DNA of 64,000 nucleotides from Candidatus Sericytochromatia bacterium (GCA_036676985.1 JAKFBU010000047.1:8096-72095), one strand, 5' to 3'; positions 9,957 to 18,841 are shown, counted from the stretch's first letter. Notes: generated by a model from the sequence alone, not told the origin. Numbers and translations: made by a program.

Positions 9957-10538
9957 GTGAGTACATGGCTGTTTGACCTGATCGCGCCCGTCTACGAGCG
10001 CCTCGCGCATCCCCTCGTGGTGGGGAGCCCCGCCCACGTCCTCGAGCTCTTGCAGCTGCAGGGGACCGAGAAGATCCTGGACGTCGGAGCGGGCACAGGG
10101 GCCTTGGCTCGCCTCATCGTCGAGCGGAAGCGCTGCGAGGTGACGGTCCTGGACGCCTCCCAGCGCATGCTGGACCAGATCCCGCACCACCCTCGCATCC
10201 ACAAGGTCCACGGGCCCGCCAACAGCCTTCCTTTCCATGCCGAGTCCTTTGATCTCGTCGTGTGTACGACGGCCTTTCACTGGCTCACGCCCCACCAGGC
10301 GACCCTGTCGGCCATGCGCCGGGTCCTCAAGCCGGGTGGGCGCCTGTACCTGCAGGACTTCGACAAGGCAGGCCTCATGGGGCCCTTGCTCACCCGCAGC
10401 GAAGAGCTCTTCAAGCAGGGCGCCGAGTATCTGAGCCGCCAAGAGCTCGAACCCCTGCTCAAGGAGCAGGGGTTCGAGGGACGCTTCGTCCTGTTCAACT
10501 TGTTCCAGTACGCCTATATCGGGGCGAAAGCCCTCTAG
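9957..10538 (+). CDS. Class I SAM-dependent methyltransferase (UbiE-like)
   Basis: ILDVGAGTG, LDAS, LPF-ESFDLV, RVLKPGG; GTG start 6 nt after TATCAT. Confidence 0.85.
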   Translation: MSTWLFDLIAPVYERLAHPLVVGSPAHVLELLQLQGTEKILDVGAGTGALARLIVERKRCEVTVLDASQRMLDQIPHHPRIHKVHGPANSLPFHAESFDLVVCTTAFHWLTPHQATLSAMRRVLKPGGRLYLQDFDKAGLMGPLLTRSEELFKQGAEYLSRQELEPLLKEQGFEGRFVLFNLFQYAYIGAKAL

Positions 10539-10615
10539 AGCGCCTGACGAAACTGTTCCTACAAGCCGCCGGTAGGCGGCCACTGGCTTCACATGCCTGG
10601 TTTTGTCAGGTGCTC

Positions 10616-11149
10616 TTAGCCGAACCGGCGCTTGTAGCCGCGGGCGTAGCCCGCGTAGCCGAGGGCCGTGGCCTCGATGCCCTTCCTCTGCTGATCGTTG
10701 ACTTCCTTGATGACCTTGGCGGGCACGCCGAGCACCAGGCTGTTGGGCGGGACCACCATGTTTTCGGGCACCAGGGCGCCCGCGCCCACGATGGAGCCCT
10801 TGCCGATGACGGCCCCGTTGAGCACCGTGGCCCGCATGCCGATGAGGCAGTCGTCCTCGACGGTCGCGCCGTGCACGATGGCGCCGTGGCCGAGGCTGAC
10901 GCGATCGCCCAGGATGCAGGGGTGCGTGGAGCCGACGTGCAGGATGCAGCCGTCCTGCACGTTGCTCTGCTTGCCGATGCGGATGGGGGCGATGTCGCCC
11001 CGCACGACGCATCCGAACCAGATGCTCGCCTCGTCGCCGAGCGTCACGTCCCCGACCACGATGGCGTTGGGGGCGATCCAGGCCGAGGGGGCTACTTTCA
11101 GGTCGTCGCGGAGCTCGAAGTTGAGCGCCAGTTCAAGATCTTCGGTCAT
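10616..11149 (-). CDS. Gamma carbonic anhydrase family protein
   Basis: Hexapeptide repeats, RGD, SNVQDG, His ligands in ILH, GH, VHG. Confidence 0.92.
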   Translation of the reverse strand: MTEDLELALNFELRDDLKVAPSAWIAPNAIVVGDVTLGDEASIWFGCVVRGDIAPIRIGKQSNVQDGCILHVGSTHPCILGDRVSLGHGAIVHGATVEDDCLIGMRATVLNGAVIGKGSIVGAGALVPENMVVPPNSLVLGVPAKVIKEVNDQQRKGIEATALGYAGYARGYKRRFG

Positions 11150-11158
11150 GCCCCGATC

Positions 11159-11869
11159 TTACAGGTCGAAGGTGTTGTTCGGCAACTGCGGATTGAGCGC
11201 GAGCGTGGGGATCGAGGCGCGGAAGACGACCTCGTTGCCCGCAAAGCCCTCGACGTTGCAAGGCATGTGGCTCTGCTTGTCCACGGCGACGACCATCTTG
11301 GTGAGGCCGGGCAGCATGTGGTCCGAGCCGGCGCCCTCCAGGAGGTCGGCCGTGCGACCGTTGAAGGTGGCCGTGCCCGCATGGCGGATGGTGGCCTTGG
11401 GGTCGAGGAGGCCGCCGACCACCGAGGTGATGCTCGTCTGGTCGATGCGGAAGCCGCGCAGCGAGAGGACCTGCGGGTCGTCATAGGCGAGCGTCTTCTT
11501 GATGAAGGCGACCTTGACGGTGATCTTCTTGTCGCCGAGGTAGACGAGCTTGGCGCCGCGCTTCATGGCCGAGTCGGCCTCCGTGACGTTGGCGCGCAGC
11601 TTCTCGGGGCGGGACCAGTAGAACTCGGCCTTGCTCTGGGAGACCTCGCTGCCCTGCTTCTCCCAGAAGGCGACCACGCCCGAGAGCGTGTTGGTGCCGG
11701 TCCAGGTCTTACGCACCTGGGCGACGACGGCTTCCGCCTGGGGATCGGCCTTGGCGCGGACCTGGCTCGCGGGGCCCCGGCCGATCATCTGGGGGGCGAG
11801 GCCGCAGCCGGCGGCCGACAGGGCGAATCCGAGGGCCAGAAGCGTGATGATATGGCGATGGGCGCGCAT
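11159..11869 (-). CDS. Lipoprotein with LolA-like fold
   Basis: Lipobox AAG-C; WSRPEKLR and VAVDKQSHMP patterns typical of LolA-like proteins. Confidence 0.6.
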   Translation of the reverse strand: MRAHRHIITLLALGFALSAAGCGLAPQMIGRGPASQVRAKADPQAEAVVAQVRKTWTGTNTLSGVVAFWEKQGSEVSQSKAEFYWSRPEKLRANVTEADSAMKRGAKLVYLGDKKITVKVAFIKKTLAYDDPQVLSLRGFRIDQTSITSVVGGLLDPKATIRHAGTATFNGRTADLLEGAGSDHMLPGLTKMVVAVDKQSHMPCNVEGFAGNEVVFRASIPTLALNPQLPNNTFDL

Positions 11870-12040
11870 GGAGCCTCCTTCGGAGCAGTGACCAACAGAC
11901 GCCTGATTTTAATACGTTCTTAAACTGATGTAAACCTCCTGGGGAGATCCTCCAACGAACTCCTCCGGCCGGAGCACGACGAAATGCCCAAGGCGCGGGT
12001 ATAATACCGCAACCGATCGGTTGGGAAGGGGGGCTGCGCC

Positions 12041-12976
12041 TTGGGAACACGTCCAGAATTCGTCCGGCAGGCCATGCCCAAGACCCCGTTGCCCAGCCTC
12101 GCGTGGGAGGAGCTGGCGCCCCGTGGCGTTCACTCCATCTACGACCCGTTCATGGGGACGGGTAACAGCCTCTATGCCTTCAAGCGCTACGGCGTGAAGG
12201 TGATCGGCAGCGACCTGCTCGAGAGCACCTGGTGCTCGGCACGGGCCCTCAACGAGAACAACACCGTTCGGCTGAGCGACGAGGCGATCGCGAGCTTCGG
12301 CGCGGCCGAGGTCCCCAACCTGTCGACCTTCACCCGCTTCGCGAGCTGGGTCGAGCGCGGCTTCTTCACCGAGAGCCAGGCCGCGTGGCTCGGCTACTGG
12401 CGCGAGCGCTTCGAGGCCCTGGAGGGCTACTCTCGGGGCCTCGCGGTGGTCGCCATGGGCTGGATGATCGACAACTGGCTCAAGCCGCTGGAGCAGCCGG
12501 GCGCTACATGCGCTGGTCCGACGGCCCTCACCCTCTTCCTCAAGCGCGCCAATCAGTGGGTCTGGGACAACGGCCAGGTCAACGAAATGCTGCGCGGCAA
12601 CCCGGTGGACCTCGCCGAGAGCGTGCAGGCCGACGCCTGCTACCTCTACCTCGAGCCGCCCATGGTCTCGGTCGATCTTCGCACCTGGCTGACGGAGGCA
12701 TGGGTTCAGGGGCGTCCCGAGGCGGATCTCGCCGACTTCTACCAGGACAATCCCTTCTTCGCGCCCCTGGAGGACTACCGGGTGCGCGTGACGAACCTGT
12801 TCGAGCGCCTGGAGCACATCCGGGTCTGGGCCATCCAGTACCGCACCGAGGAGCTGGACCTCCTGTGGGGCGATCATCCGAGCTGGCTCTCGGGCCGCGA
12901 CCTGGTGGCCCAGCAGCACCTCGGCATGGGACCGGACGCTTCGGGCGAGATGCTGTGCGTCGCCCTGCGGCCCTAG
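12041..12976 (+). CDS. DNA adenine methyltransferase-like protein with altered catalytic motif
   Basis: Motif I YDPFMGTG, IGSD; motif IV position reads YLEPPM rather than DPPY. Confidence 0.6.
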   Translation: MGTRPEFVRQAMPKTPLPSLAWEELAPRGVHSIYDPFMGTGNSLYAFKRYGVKVIGSDLLESTWCSARALNENNTVRLSDEAIASFGAAEVPNLSTFTRFASWVERGFFTESQAAWLGYWRERFEALEGYSRGLAVVAMGWMIDNWLKPLEQPGATCAGPTALTLFLKRANQWVWDNGQVNEMLRGNPVDLAESVQADACYLYLEPPMVSVDLRTWLTEAWVQGRPEADLADFYQDNPFFAPLEDYRVRVTNLFERLEHIRVWAIQYRTEELDLLWGDHPSWLSGRDLVAQQHLGMGPDASGEMLCVALRP

Positions 12977-13048
12977 CTTAACTTCAGGCCATGGCTCGGT
13001 AAAGGGCCTCTTAATCCATTAATTGTCCGTTAAAAATCGAAAGCTCGT

Positions 13049-13075
13049 GTTAAGGGGCTGCCATAACTCCGATAA
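13049..13075 (+). promoter_or_regulatory. Possible sigma28-like promoter
   Basis: GTTAAG...TCCGATAA versus consensus TAAA-N15-GCCGATAA; -35 and spacing imperfect. Confidence 0.35.
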
Positions 13076-13130
13076 CAAGCTGTCGAGCAGGGCATAATAC
13101 CGACAGCAGCGTACGGATCGGAGGTCCACC

Positions 13131-14954
13131 ATGGCTGACAACATCAACCTTTCGGGCAACCGCGCGAGCACGGGCCGTCTCGGCTCCCTCTCGCAGACGG
13201 GTCGGCTCGACCCCGCCGCCCTCAATCAGGCGGCGCCTCCGGCCGAGGGCATCGTCAAGAAGGCCAAGACCGACACGTTGCGCCTCAGCGACGCCGCCGG
13301 GGCCGCGAGCCCCGTGGACGCCGCGGGCGTCCGCGACCTGGCCGAGAAGGTCGGGGCGGTGCAGAACGAGCAGAAGCAGGTCGCCGAGCTGCAGGCGCGC
13401 ATCACCTCGCTGGTGCCGGGCGGCGTCAAGTTCGAGACCACCGACGGCGCCAGCTGGTCGTCGACCGAGCTCAAGAATCTCCAGGAGGTCGTCGAGGGCA
13501 TGTCCCCGAGCGATCGCCAGGCCCTCTCGGGCATGAACTTCGTCCGCGCCGGCAAGGTGGACCTCGCCGAGGGGGCGGACGCCTCTGCCAACAAGCATCT
13601 GGGCGAGGGCTTCGCTGACGAGGGAGCCGCCGCCGTCGCCAAGACCCAGGGCGAGAGCAAGGGCATCATGGGCCGCCTGGGCGAGTTCGCCCGCCACTCG
13701 GCCGAGGTGCTAGAGGGCATCCCCGTCCTGCGCTACATCGGTCGGGCCCTCAAGAGCCTCTTCGGCCAGCAGGCCCCCGAGCGCGCCATCGTGTTCGGCA
13801 ACTCGGGCTCGCTCATCTCCAAGCAGATCTGGGCCCATGAGATCGGCCACCAGGTCCAGATGGTCAACCGCGGCTGGAACCCCGAGAAGATCGCGGAGTT
13901 CGCCAAGCTCTCCGGCTGGACCGAGACCTACGGCGGCAAGCAGTACGGCGCGGACGGCGTGGACAACCGCACCGGCGGGCGCCTGCTCTTCGACGAGCAG
14001 GTCCTCAAGTCCGCCCGGACGGACAACTTCGTCTCCAAGTACGCCATGACTAACCCCACCGAGGACTTCGCGGAGAGCTACCAGGCCTTCCTGAGCGACC
14101 CCAAGAAGCTCATGGAGCTTGCTCCCGAGAAGTTCCTGTTCATCAACGCCCAGTCGCAGAAGTACAGCGCGAGCGAGGTCAAGGGCTACGCCCAGCAGGT
14201 TGGCCAGGATCTCGACGCGGTGGCCACCGAGCTGACGCTCAAGAGCGGCCTCAAGCAGGAGACGTTGAACGCCGTCCTGATGGTCAACGGTGTGTCGCCC
14301 GACAAGGGTGCGCTCATCTCCGAGGCGGCCTCCAACCTGTCGTCGGGCGATGCCCTCAGCCAGGCGTGGGCCAAGATCGCGACCGACGCCAAGGATCCCC
14401 AGGCCGCCGCGCGCCTCGTCTCGGATCCGGCGGGAGCCCTGGGCGAGGTCTGGGGCAAGCTGAGCCGCGAGGAGCAGGCGCTCGTATCGGATCCGAAGTT
14501 CCTCCAGGCCCGGGTCGACGAGTTGCAGGCGGGCTTCGCGAGCTACCGCTCGTCGGCGGACGCCGCCCAGACCGAGCTCTATCGCAAGGGGATCTCGAGC
14601 CTGATGGACCGCCTGATGAACGATCCGGCCAGCCGCCAGTCGGCCGCCCAGGCGCTGCAGGGTCTCACCCTGCCCGCCGAGGTGGTGGAGGCCTTCACGA
14701 GCAACCCCGGAGCCTTCGCCAAGCTCGGCGCCGAGCTCGGCGCCCTCCTGGACAATGCCTCGGCCGAGGAAAAGCAGCGCTACGGGCAGAACCTCAAGAA
14801 GGCCCTGCCGCAGCTGGGTCCCGAGCACTTCTCGGCCCTGGCCATGGCGCTCAACAACAAGCAGGATGAGGCCTTGGCCGCCAAGATGATTCGTCAGGGC
14901 TTCGAGACCGGGTCGGTGGTCTACCAGGGCGGTGGCGATCCCCCGGGCATCTAA
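13131..14954 (+). CDS. 607-aa protein with zinc metallopeptidase motif and helical C-terminal region
   Basis: HEIGH (aa 236) plus FVSKYAMTNPTEDFAES (E311); low-complexity N-terminus without Sec signal; GGAGG SD. Confidence 0.75.
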   Translation: MADNINLSGNRASTGRLGSLSQTGRLDPAALNQAAPPAEGIVKKAKTDTLRLSDAAGAASPVDAAGVRDLAEKVGAVQNEQKQVAELQARITSLVPGGVKFETTDGASWSSTELKNLQEVVEGMSPSDRQALSGMNFVRAGKVDLAEGADASANKHLGEGFADEGAAAVAKTQGESKGIMGRLGEFARHSAEVLEGIPVLRYIGRALKSLFGQQAPERAIVFGNSGSLISKQIWAHEIGHQVQMVNRGWNPEKIAEFAKLSGWTETYGGKQYGADGVDNRTGGRLLFDEQVLKSARTDNFVSKYAMTNPTEDFAESYQAFLSDPKKLMELAPEKFLFINAQSQKYSASEVKGYAQQVGQDLDAVATELTLKSGLKQETLNAVLMVNGVSPDKGALISEAASNLSSGDALSQAWAKIATDAKDPQAAARLVSDPAGALGEVWGKLSREEQALVSDPKFLQARVDELQAGFASYRSSADAAQTELYRKGISSLMDRLMNDPASRQSAAQALQGLTLPAEVVEAFTSNPGAFAKLGAELGALLDNASAEEKQRYGQNLKKALPQLGPEHFSALAMALNNKQDEALAAKMIRQGFETGSVVYQGGGDPPGI

Positions 14955-14963
14955 GGAGCAACG

Positions 14964-15923
14964 GTGGCCACGACCCGCGACGTCTTCGACCTCCTACACC
15001 AGTACCTGGGAGCCCAGATCGGTGCCGGCACGCTGCACGAGCTGCAGCGTGCCGTCCTTGCGAAAAGCCGTGCGGCCTTCGACCGCGACGGACACTGGCC
15101 CATCGTGGACTTTCCCCTCGCGATCCATCGGCAGCTGAACGGCGACCCACGGTCGGGGACGGCGATCGCCGCCGCATGCCTGCTCTTCTACTCGTTCGCC
15201 GACGTCATCGACGACGCCCAGGACCACGACCTCACGCCGGATCCCTGGGAACGCTGGGGCTGGGAGCAGGCCGTCAACACGGGGACGTCCCTCCTTTTCC
15301 TCTGCCTGCAGTCCTTGCACGACCTCTTGCCCCCGGACAAGGTGGGCCCCGTCTCCGAGATCTTCGTGCGGGCGGGTTTCGCCATGACGGCGGGGCAGCA
15401 CGTGGACCTCATCGGGCAGGGGGGCGAGATCCCGGGCGTCTCGGAGTACCTCCAGATGATCGAGGGCAAGAGCGGGGCCTCGTTCGGGGCCTACGCGGCG
15501 GCCACCGCCGCCCTGAACGGCCTGCCCTCGGCGCGCGTCAAGGACTTCGCGGAGATGGGGCGCGCGCTCGGCGGGCTCTTCCAGATGCTCAACGACACCT
15601 ACGAGCTCTGGGACTCCCGCTACAGCCCGGACTACGCCAACGGCCGCCTGTCGTTGCCCATCGTGCTCGCCCACGAGCAGTTGCAGGGCGTCCTGCGCGA
15701 GGCGTTCCTCGCCCTTTTGAGCGAGCCGCCCTCACTCGAGCTGCAGTACGACTTGGTCATGCTCATGGAGCGGGGCGGGATCAAGGAGTATGCAACGCTG
15801 CGAATCGAGGTATACAGGAAGCGGGCCCAGGCCCTCGCTCAGCAGCTCGGTGTTGCGGGCGATCCCTATTTGAAGCGGTTGTTGGAGATCCCGGCGTTCC
15901 CAGAGACCCCGATCGCCATCTAG
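14964..15923 (+). CDS. Class I isoprenoid-synthase-fold enzyme, ComQ-like
   Basis: DVIDDAQD first Asp-rich motif, GQHVDL, KSG, second motif degenerate QMLNDTYE. Confidence 0.75.
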   Translation: MATTRDVFDLLHQYLGAQIGAGTLHELQRAVLAKSRAAFDRDGHWPIVDFPLAIHRQLNGDPRSGTAIAAACLLFYSFADVIDDAQDHDLTPDPWERWGWEQAVNTGTSLLFLCLQSLHDLLPPDKVGPVSEIFVRAGFAMTAGQHVDLIGQGGEIPGVSEYLQMIEGKSGASFGAYAAATAALNGLPSARVKDFAEMGRALGGLFQMLNDTYELWDSRYSPDYANGRLSLPIVLAHEQLQGVLREAFLALLSEPPSLELQYDLVMLMERGGIKEYATLRIEVYRKRAQALAQQLGVAGDPYLKRLLEIPAFPETPIAI

Positions 15924-15946
15924 CCCGACAGGAGAGAATCACGGCG

Positions 15947-18481
15947 ATGCCCAAGTCCAACCGGCCCCTCACCTGGGCCTTCAATGCCCTCATCGTGGCG
16001 TGCCTCGCGGTCTGGATCGTGGCGGTCGCAGGCTCCTTCAAGCTCCTAAACCAGCCGTTCCCGGGCTTCCGGGTCGAGACCACGCTCACCATCTCGGCCC
16101 TGGGCGATCCGACGTGGACCGGGGCAACCGCCAAGGTCCAGCAGTTCGATCGCTTGCTCGAGGTGGACGGACAGGAGCTCCGGGTGGCCGACGACCTGAC
16201 GCGTCACGTGCGCTCGGTGCCGGTGGGCACTCCGCTCGCCTACGAGGCGGTGCGCGCCGGCAAGCCCGTGTCCTTCACGGTCCCGACCCAGACCTTCACG
16301 CTCGGCGACTGGGTGCGCAGCTTCCTGCCCCTCTTCCTGGTGGCCTTGCTGCACCTGCTGGTGGGGGCGATCGCCTTCTGGATGAAGCCCGGCAGCGTCT
16401 CGTCGCGGGTCCACCTGCTCATGAACGCGGCGACGGGCCTCTTGTGCGCGCTCATCAACGACTACGACGCGGGCCACCAACTCTCGCGCCTTTACCTCGC
16501 CTCCATGCCCCTGATGGGTAGCGCCTACCTGCACCTGGGCCTGGTCTTCCCGGACTCGCCGCACTGGCTCAAGAAGCGCCCCTGGCTGCATGGCCTTCCC
16601 TACCTGCCGGTCTTGCTCCTGGTGCCCGTGTGGGAGGCCGTCTACCGCCCGGTCGGGTTCGCGGCCAACCGCGAGAGTTTCGACCTGCACATGAGCTTCC
16701 AGGATCTGGGGGTGCTCTGGATCATGGTGGGCCTGTTGGCCCTCATCCTGAGCATCGTGGTGCGCGCCGTGCGCACCAAGGCGGCCCTGGCCAAGCAGCA
16801 GATCAAGGTGGCGCTCTTCGGGGCGGCCTTGGCCTACCTGCCCGGCGCCATCCTCTGGATCGTGCCGTACCTGGCCAACGTTAACTCGCTGGACAGCTCC
16901 GGCATCCTGGTCAACCTCTCCTTCGCGTGCTTCGTCTTCTTCCCGCTGTCGATCGCCTATGCCATCGTCCGGCACAAGATGTTCGACATCGACCTGGTCA
17001 TCAAGCGCACGGTCGTCTACGCGACGGTGGTCGCCGCCCTGACGGGCGTCTACTTCCTCACCATCGCGGGCGTGACCTGGACCGTCGAGCGGCTGTTCGG
17101 CACCTCCGGCAGCACGGCCGGCAACATGCTCGCCACGGCCATCGTCGCCCTCGCCTTCGTGCCCGTCCGCAACCGCACCCAGTTCGTCATCGACCGGCTC
17201 TTCTACCGAAACCGCTACGACTTCCGGAGCGTACTCAGCGGCTACACCCGCTACACCAAGGAGAACCCGGAGCTCGAGGCGGTGGTGGACCAGTACGTGC
17301 AGGTCGTCACCGAGACCATGCACCCGCGCCACATGTCGATCATGGTGCGCGATCCCAAGACCATGGCCCTGCACGTCTACAAGACGTCTGGCCTCTCGGT
17401 CTTCCCCGAGGAATTCGCCATCCCCTCCGACAGCCCGGAAGTGGCCGAGCTCTTCCAGTCCCGCAAGACGGGCATGCGCCCCTCCAAGGCCACCACGCGC
17501 CAGCTCTCGCACATGGACGCGTTGGGCATCGCCTTCTGCGTGCCGCTCGAGATCAAGGGCGAGATCCTGGGGATGATCAACATCGGGCAAAAGCTCTCGG
17601 AGCTCGACTACACGGCCGAGGACCAGCAGCTGCTCATCAACATGGGCCAGCAGCTCGCGAGCGTCATCCGCATCAACGAGATGACCAAGGCCGAGGTCAA
17701 CCGGGCCCGGCTCGACGCCGAGCTCGAGACCGCCCGCCACATCCAGGCCTCCTTGTTGCCGACCGCGGCCCCGGCGCCTCTGGGCCTCGAGGTGATGGGC
17801 TCCTCGGAGTCCGCCTACGAGTTCGGCGGCGACTACTACGACCTGGTCACCCTGCACGACGGGCAGCTGCGCGTGGTGGTGGGCGACGTGGCGGGCAAGG
17901 GCGTGCAGGCGGCCATGGTCATGGCCATGGCCAAGAGCTGCTTCTTCAACCAGGTGCGCACCAACCCGGACCTGCCCACGGTCATGCATGCCATCAACAC
18001 CATGATCGTCGAGACCATCGACGACAAGAAGCACCGCAAGACGTCCCTCATCTACGCGGCCATCGACCCCGACCAGAAGACCCTGCGCTACACCTGCGCC
18101 GGCCACCAGCCGCCGCACTACTACAGCGCGGCGACCGGCCGGGTCGAGGAGCTGCCCATCCCGGGTTCCTTCCCCTTCGGCGCCTCCAAGCTCGCCAAGT
18201 ACCAGGAGGTGACGGTCCCGCTGCAGACGGGTGATGTGCTCGTCTTCTACACCGACGGCATCACGGAGGCCGAGAACCCGGATCACGAGATGTTCTACCG
18301 CATCGACGAGGGCCCGGACGGCGCCGAGATCGTGCACGACCAGCTCCGGACCGTGCTCGAAGCGAGCCACGCCGAGAGCGCCCATGACATCCATCGGCGC
18401 ATCCTGCGCGCCGTCAGCGCGTGGGTGGACGGAGGTCCGCAGGCGGACGACATCACGCTGGTGGTCGTGAAAGTCCTTTAG
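15947..18481 (+). CDS. PDZ + multi-TM + GAF-like + SpoIIE/PP2C phosphatase sensor
   Basis: TM, PDZ-like (DRLLEVDG), about 8 more TMs, YAIVRHKMFDID, GGDYYD, GDVAGKG, YTDGITE, DDITL; start ATG 15947 after AGGAG. Confidence 0.9.
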   Translation: MPKSNRPLTWAFNALIVACLAVWIVAVAGSFKLLNQPFPGFRVETTLTISALGDPTWTGATAKVQQFDRLLEVDGQELRVADDLTRHVRSVPVGTPLAYEAVRAGKPVSFTVPTQTFTLGDWVRSFLPLFLVALLHLLVGAIAFWMKPGSVSSRVHLLMNAATGLLCALINDYDAGHQLSRLYLASMPLMGSAYLHLGLVFPDSPHWLKKRPWLHGLPYLPVLLLVPVWEAVYRPVGFAANRESFDLHMSFQDLGVLWIMVGLLALILSIVVRAVRTKAALAKQQIKVALFGAALAYLPGAILWIVPYLANVNSLDSSGILVNLSFACFVFFPLSIAYAIVRHKMFDIDLVIKRTVVYATVVAALTGVYFLTIAGVTWTVERLFGTSGSTAGNMLATAIVALAFVPVRNRTQFVIDRLFYRNRYDFRSVLSGYTRYTKENPELEAVVDQYVQVVTETMHPRHMSIMVRDPKTMALHVYKTSGLSVFPEEFAIPSDSPEVAELFQSRKTGMRPSKATTRQLSHMDALGIAFCVPLEIKGEILGMINIGQKLSELDYTAEDQQLLINMGQQLASVIRINEMTKAEVNRARLDAELETARHIQASLLPTAAPAPLGLEVMGSSESAYEFGGDYYDLVTLHDGQLRVVVGDVAGKGVQAAMVMAMAKSCFFNQVRTNPDLPTVMHAINTMIVETIDDKKHRKTSLIYAAIDPDQKTLRYTCAGHQPPHYYSAATGRVEELPIPGSFPFGASKLAKYQEVTVPLQTGDVLVFYTDGITEAENPDHEMFYRIDEGPDGAEIVHDQLRTVLEASHAESAHDIHRRILRAVSAWVDGGPQADDITLVVVKVL

Positions 18482-18493
18482 CCCCGAGACAAG

Positions 18494-18525
18494 GCGAGCC
18501 CCCGACCGAAAGGTCGGGGGCTCGC
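18494..18525. terminator. Perfect 14-bp hairpin between convergent genes
   Basis: GCGAGCCCCCGACC-GAAA-GGTCGGGGGCTCGC. Confidence 0.8.
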
Positions 18526-18538
18526 AGCTCGACGGTCG

Positions 18539-18841
18539 TCACTTGTTGGTCCGACGCTTGCCTTCCTCGATCAACTCCTTGACCTTTTGTCCGCCCTTGT
18601 GTCCAATTTCGGAGTAGAACTCGGGACCATATTTTTCCTTGGTCACATTCCCTCCGATCTCGCCACCCTTGTGGCCGATCTCGGAGTAGAACTCGGGACC
18701 GTACTTCTCTTTGACCGTCTCGCCACCCTTGTGGCCGATTTCGGAGTAGAACTCGGCACCGTATTCATCCCTGACCTTCTCACCGCCGAGATGTCCCGCT
18801 TCCCGGACGGTCATGTCGCCTTTAACTTTACGTTCAGGCAT
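18539..18841 (-). CDS. KGG-repeat general stress protein (GsiB/YciG-like)
   Basis: MTVREAG start; three EFYSEIGHKGG repeats. Confidence 0.92.
   Translation of the reverse strand: MPERKVKGDMTVREAGHLGGEKVRDEYGAEFYSEIGHKGGETVKEKYGPEFYSEIGHKGGEIGGNVTKEKYGPEFYSEIGHKGGQKVKELIEEGKRRTNK
18590..18790 (-). repeat. Coding tandem repeats (60-72 bp unit) of the KGG gene
   Basis: Three copies of CCCTTGTG..C.AT.TCGGAGTAGAACTCGG. Confidence 0.8.

Noticed and set aside
12041-12976. Restriction-modification system
   Set aside because: No endonuclease neighbour and the catalytic motif is altered.
15923-15947. Canonical small comX between the transferase and the sensor
   Set aside because: The gap is only 23 bp and I found no overlapping short Trp-ending ORF with an SD.
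15176-18481. 1101-aa ORF suggesting a giant fusion
   Set aside because: The first 257 codons overlap the ComQ-like gene in another frame and read as Arg/Gly/Pro shadow; the real start is ATG 15947 with an SD.
18590-18790. Spaced direct repeats resembling a mini-CRISPR
   Set aside because: In-frame KGG protein repeats; the spacers are similar to each other and no cas genes are present.
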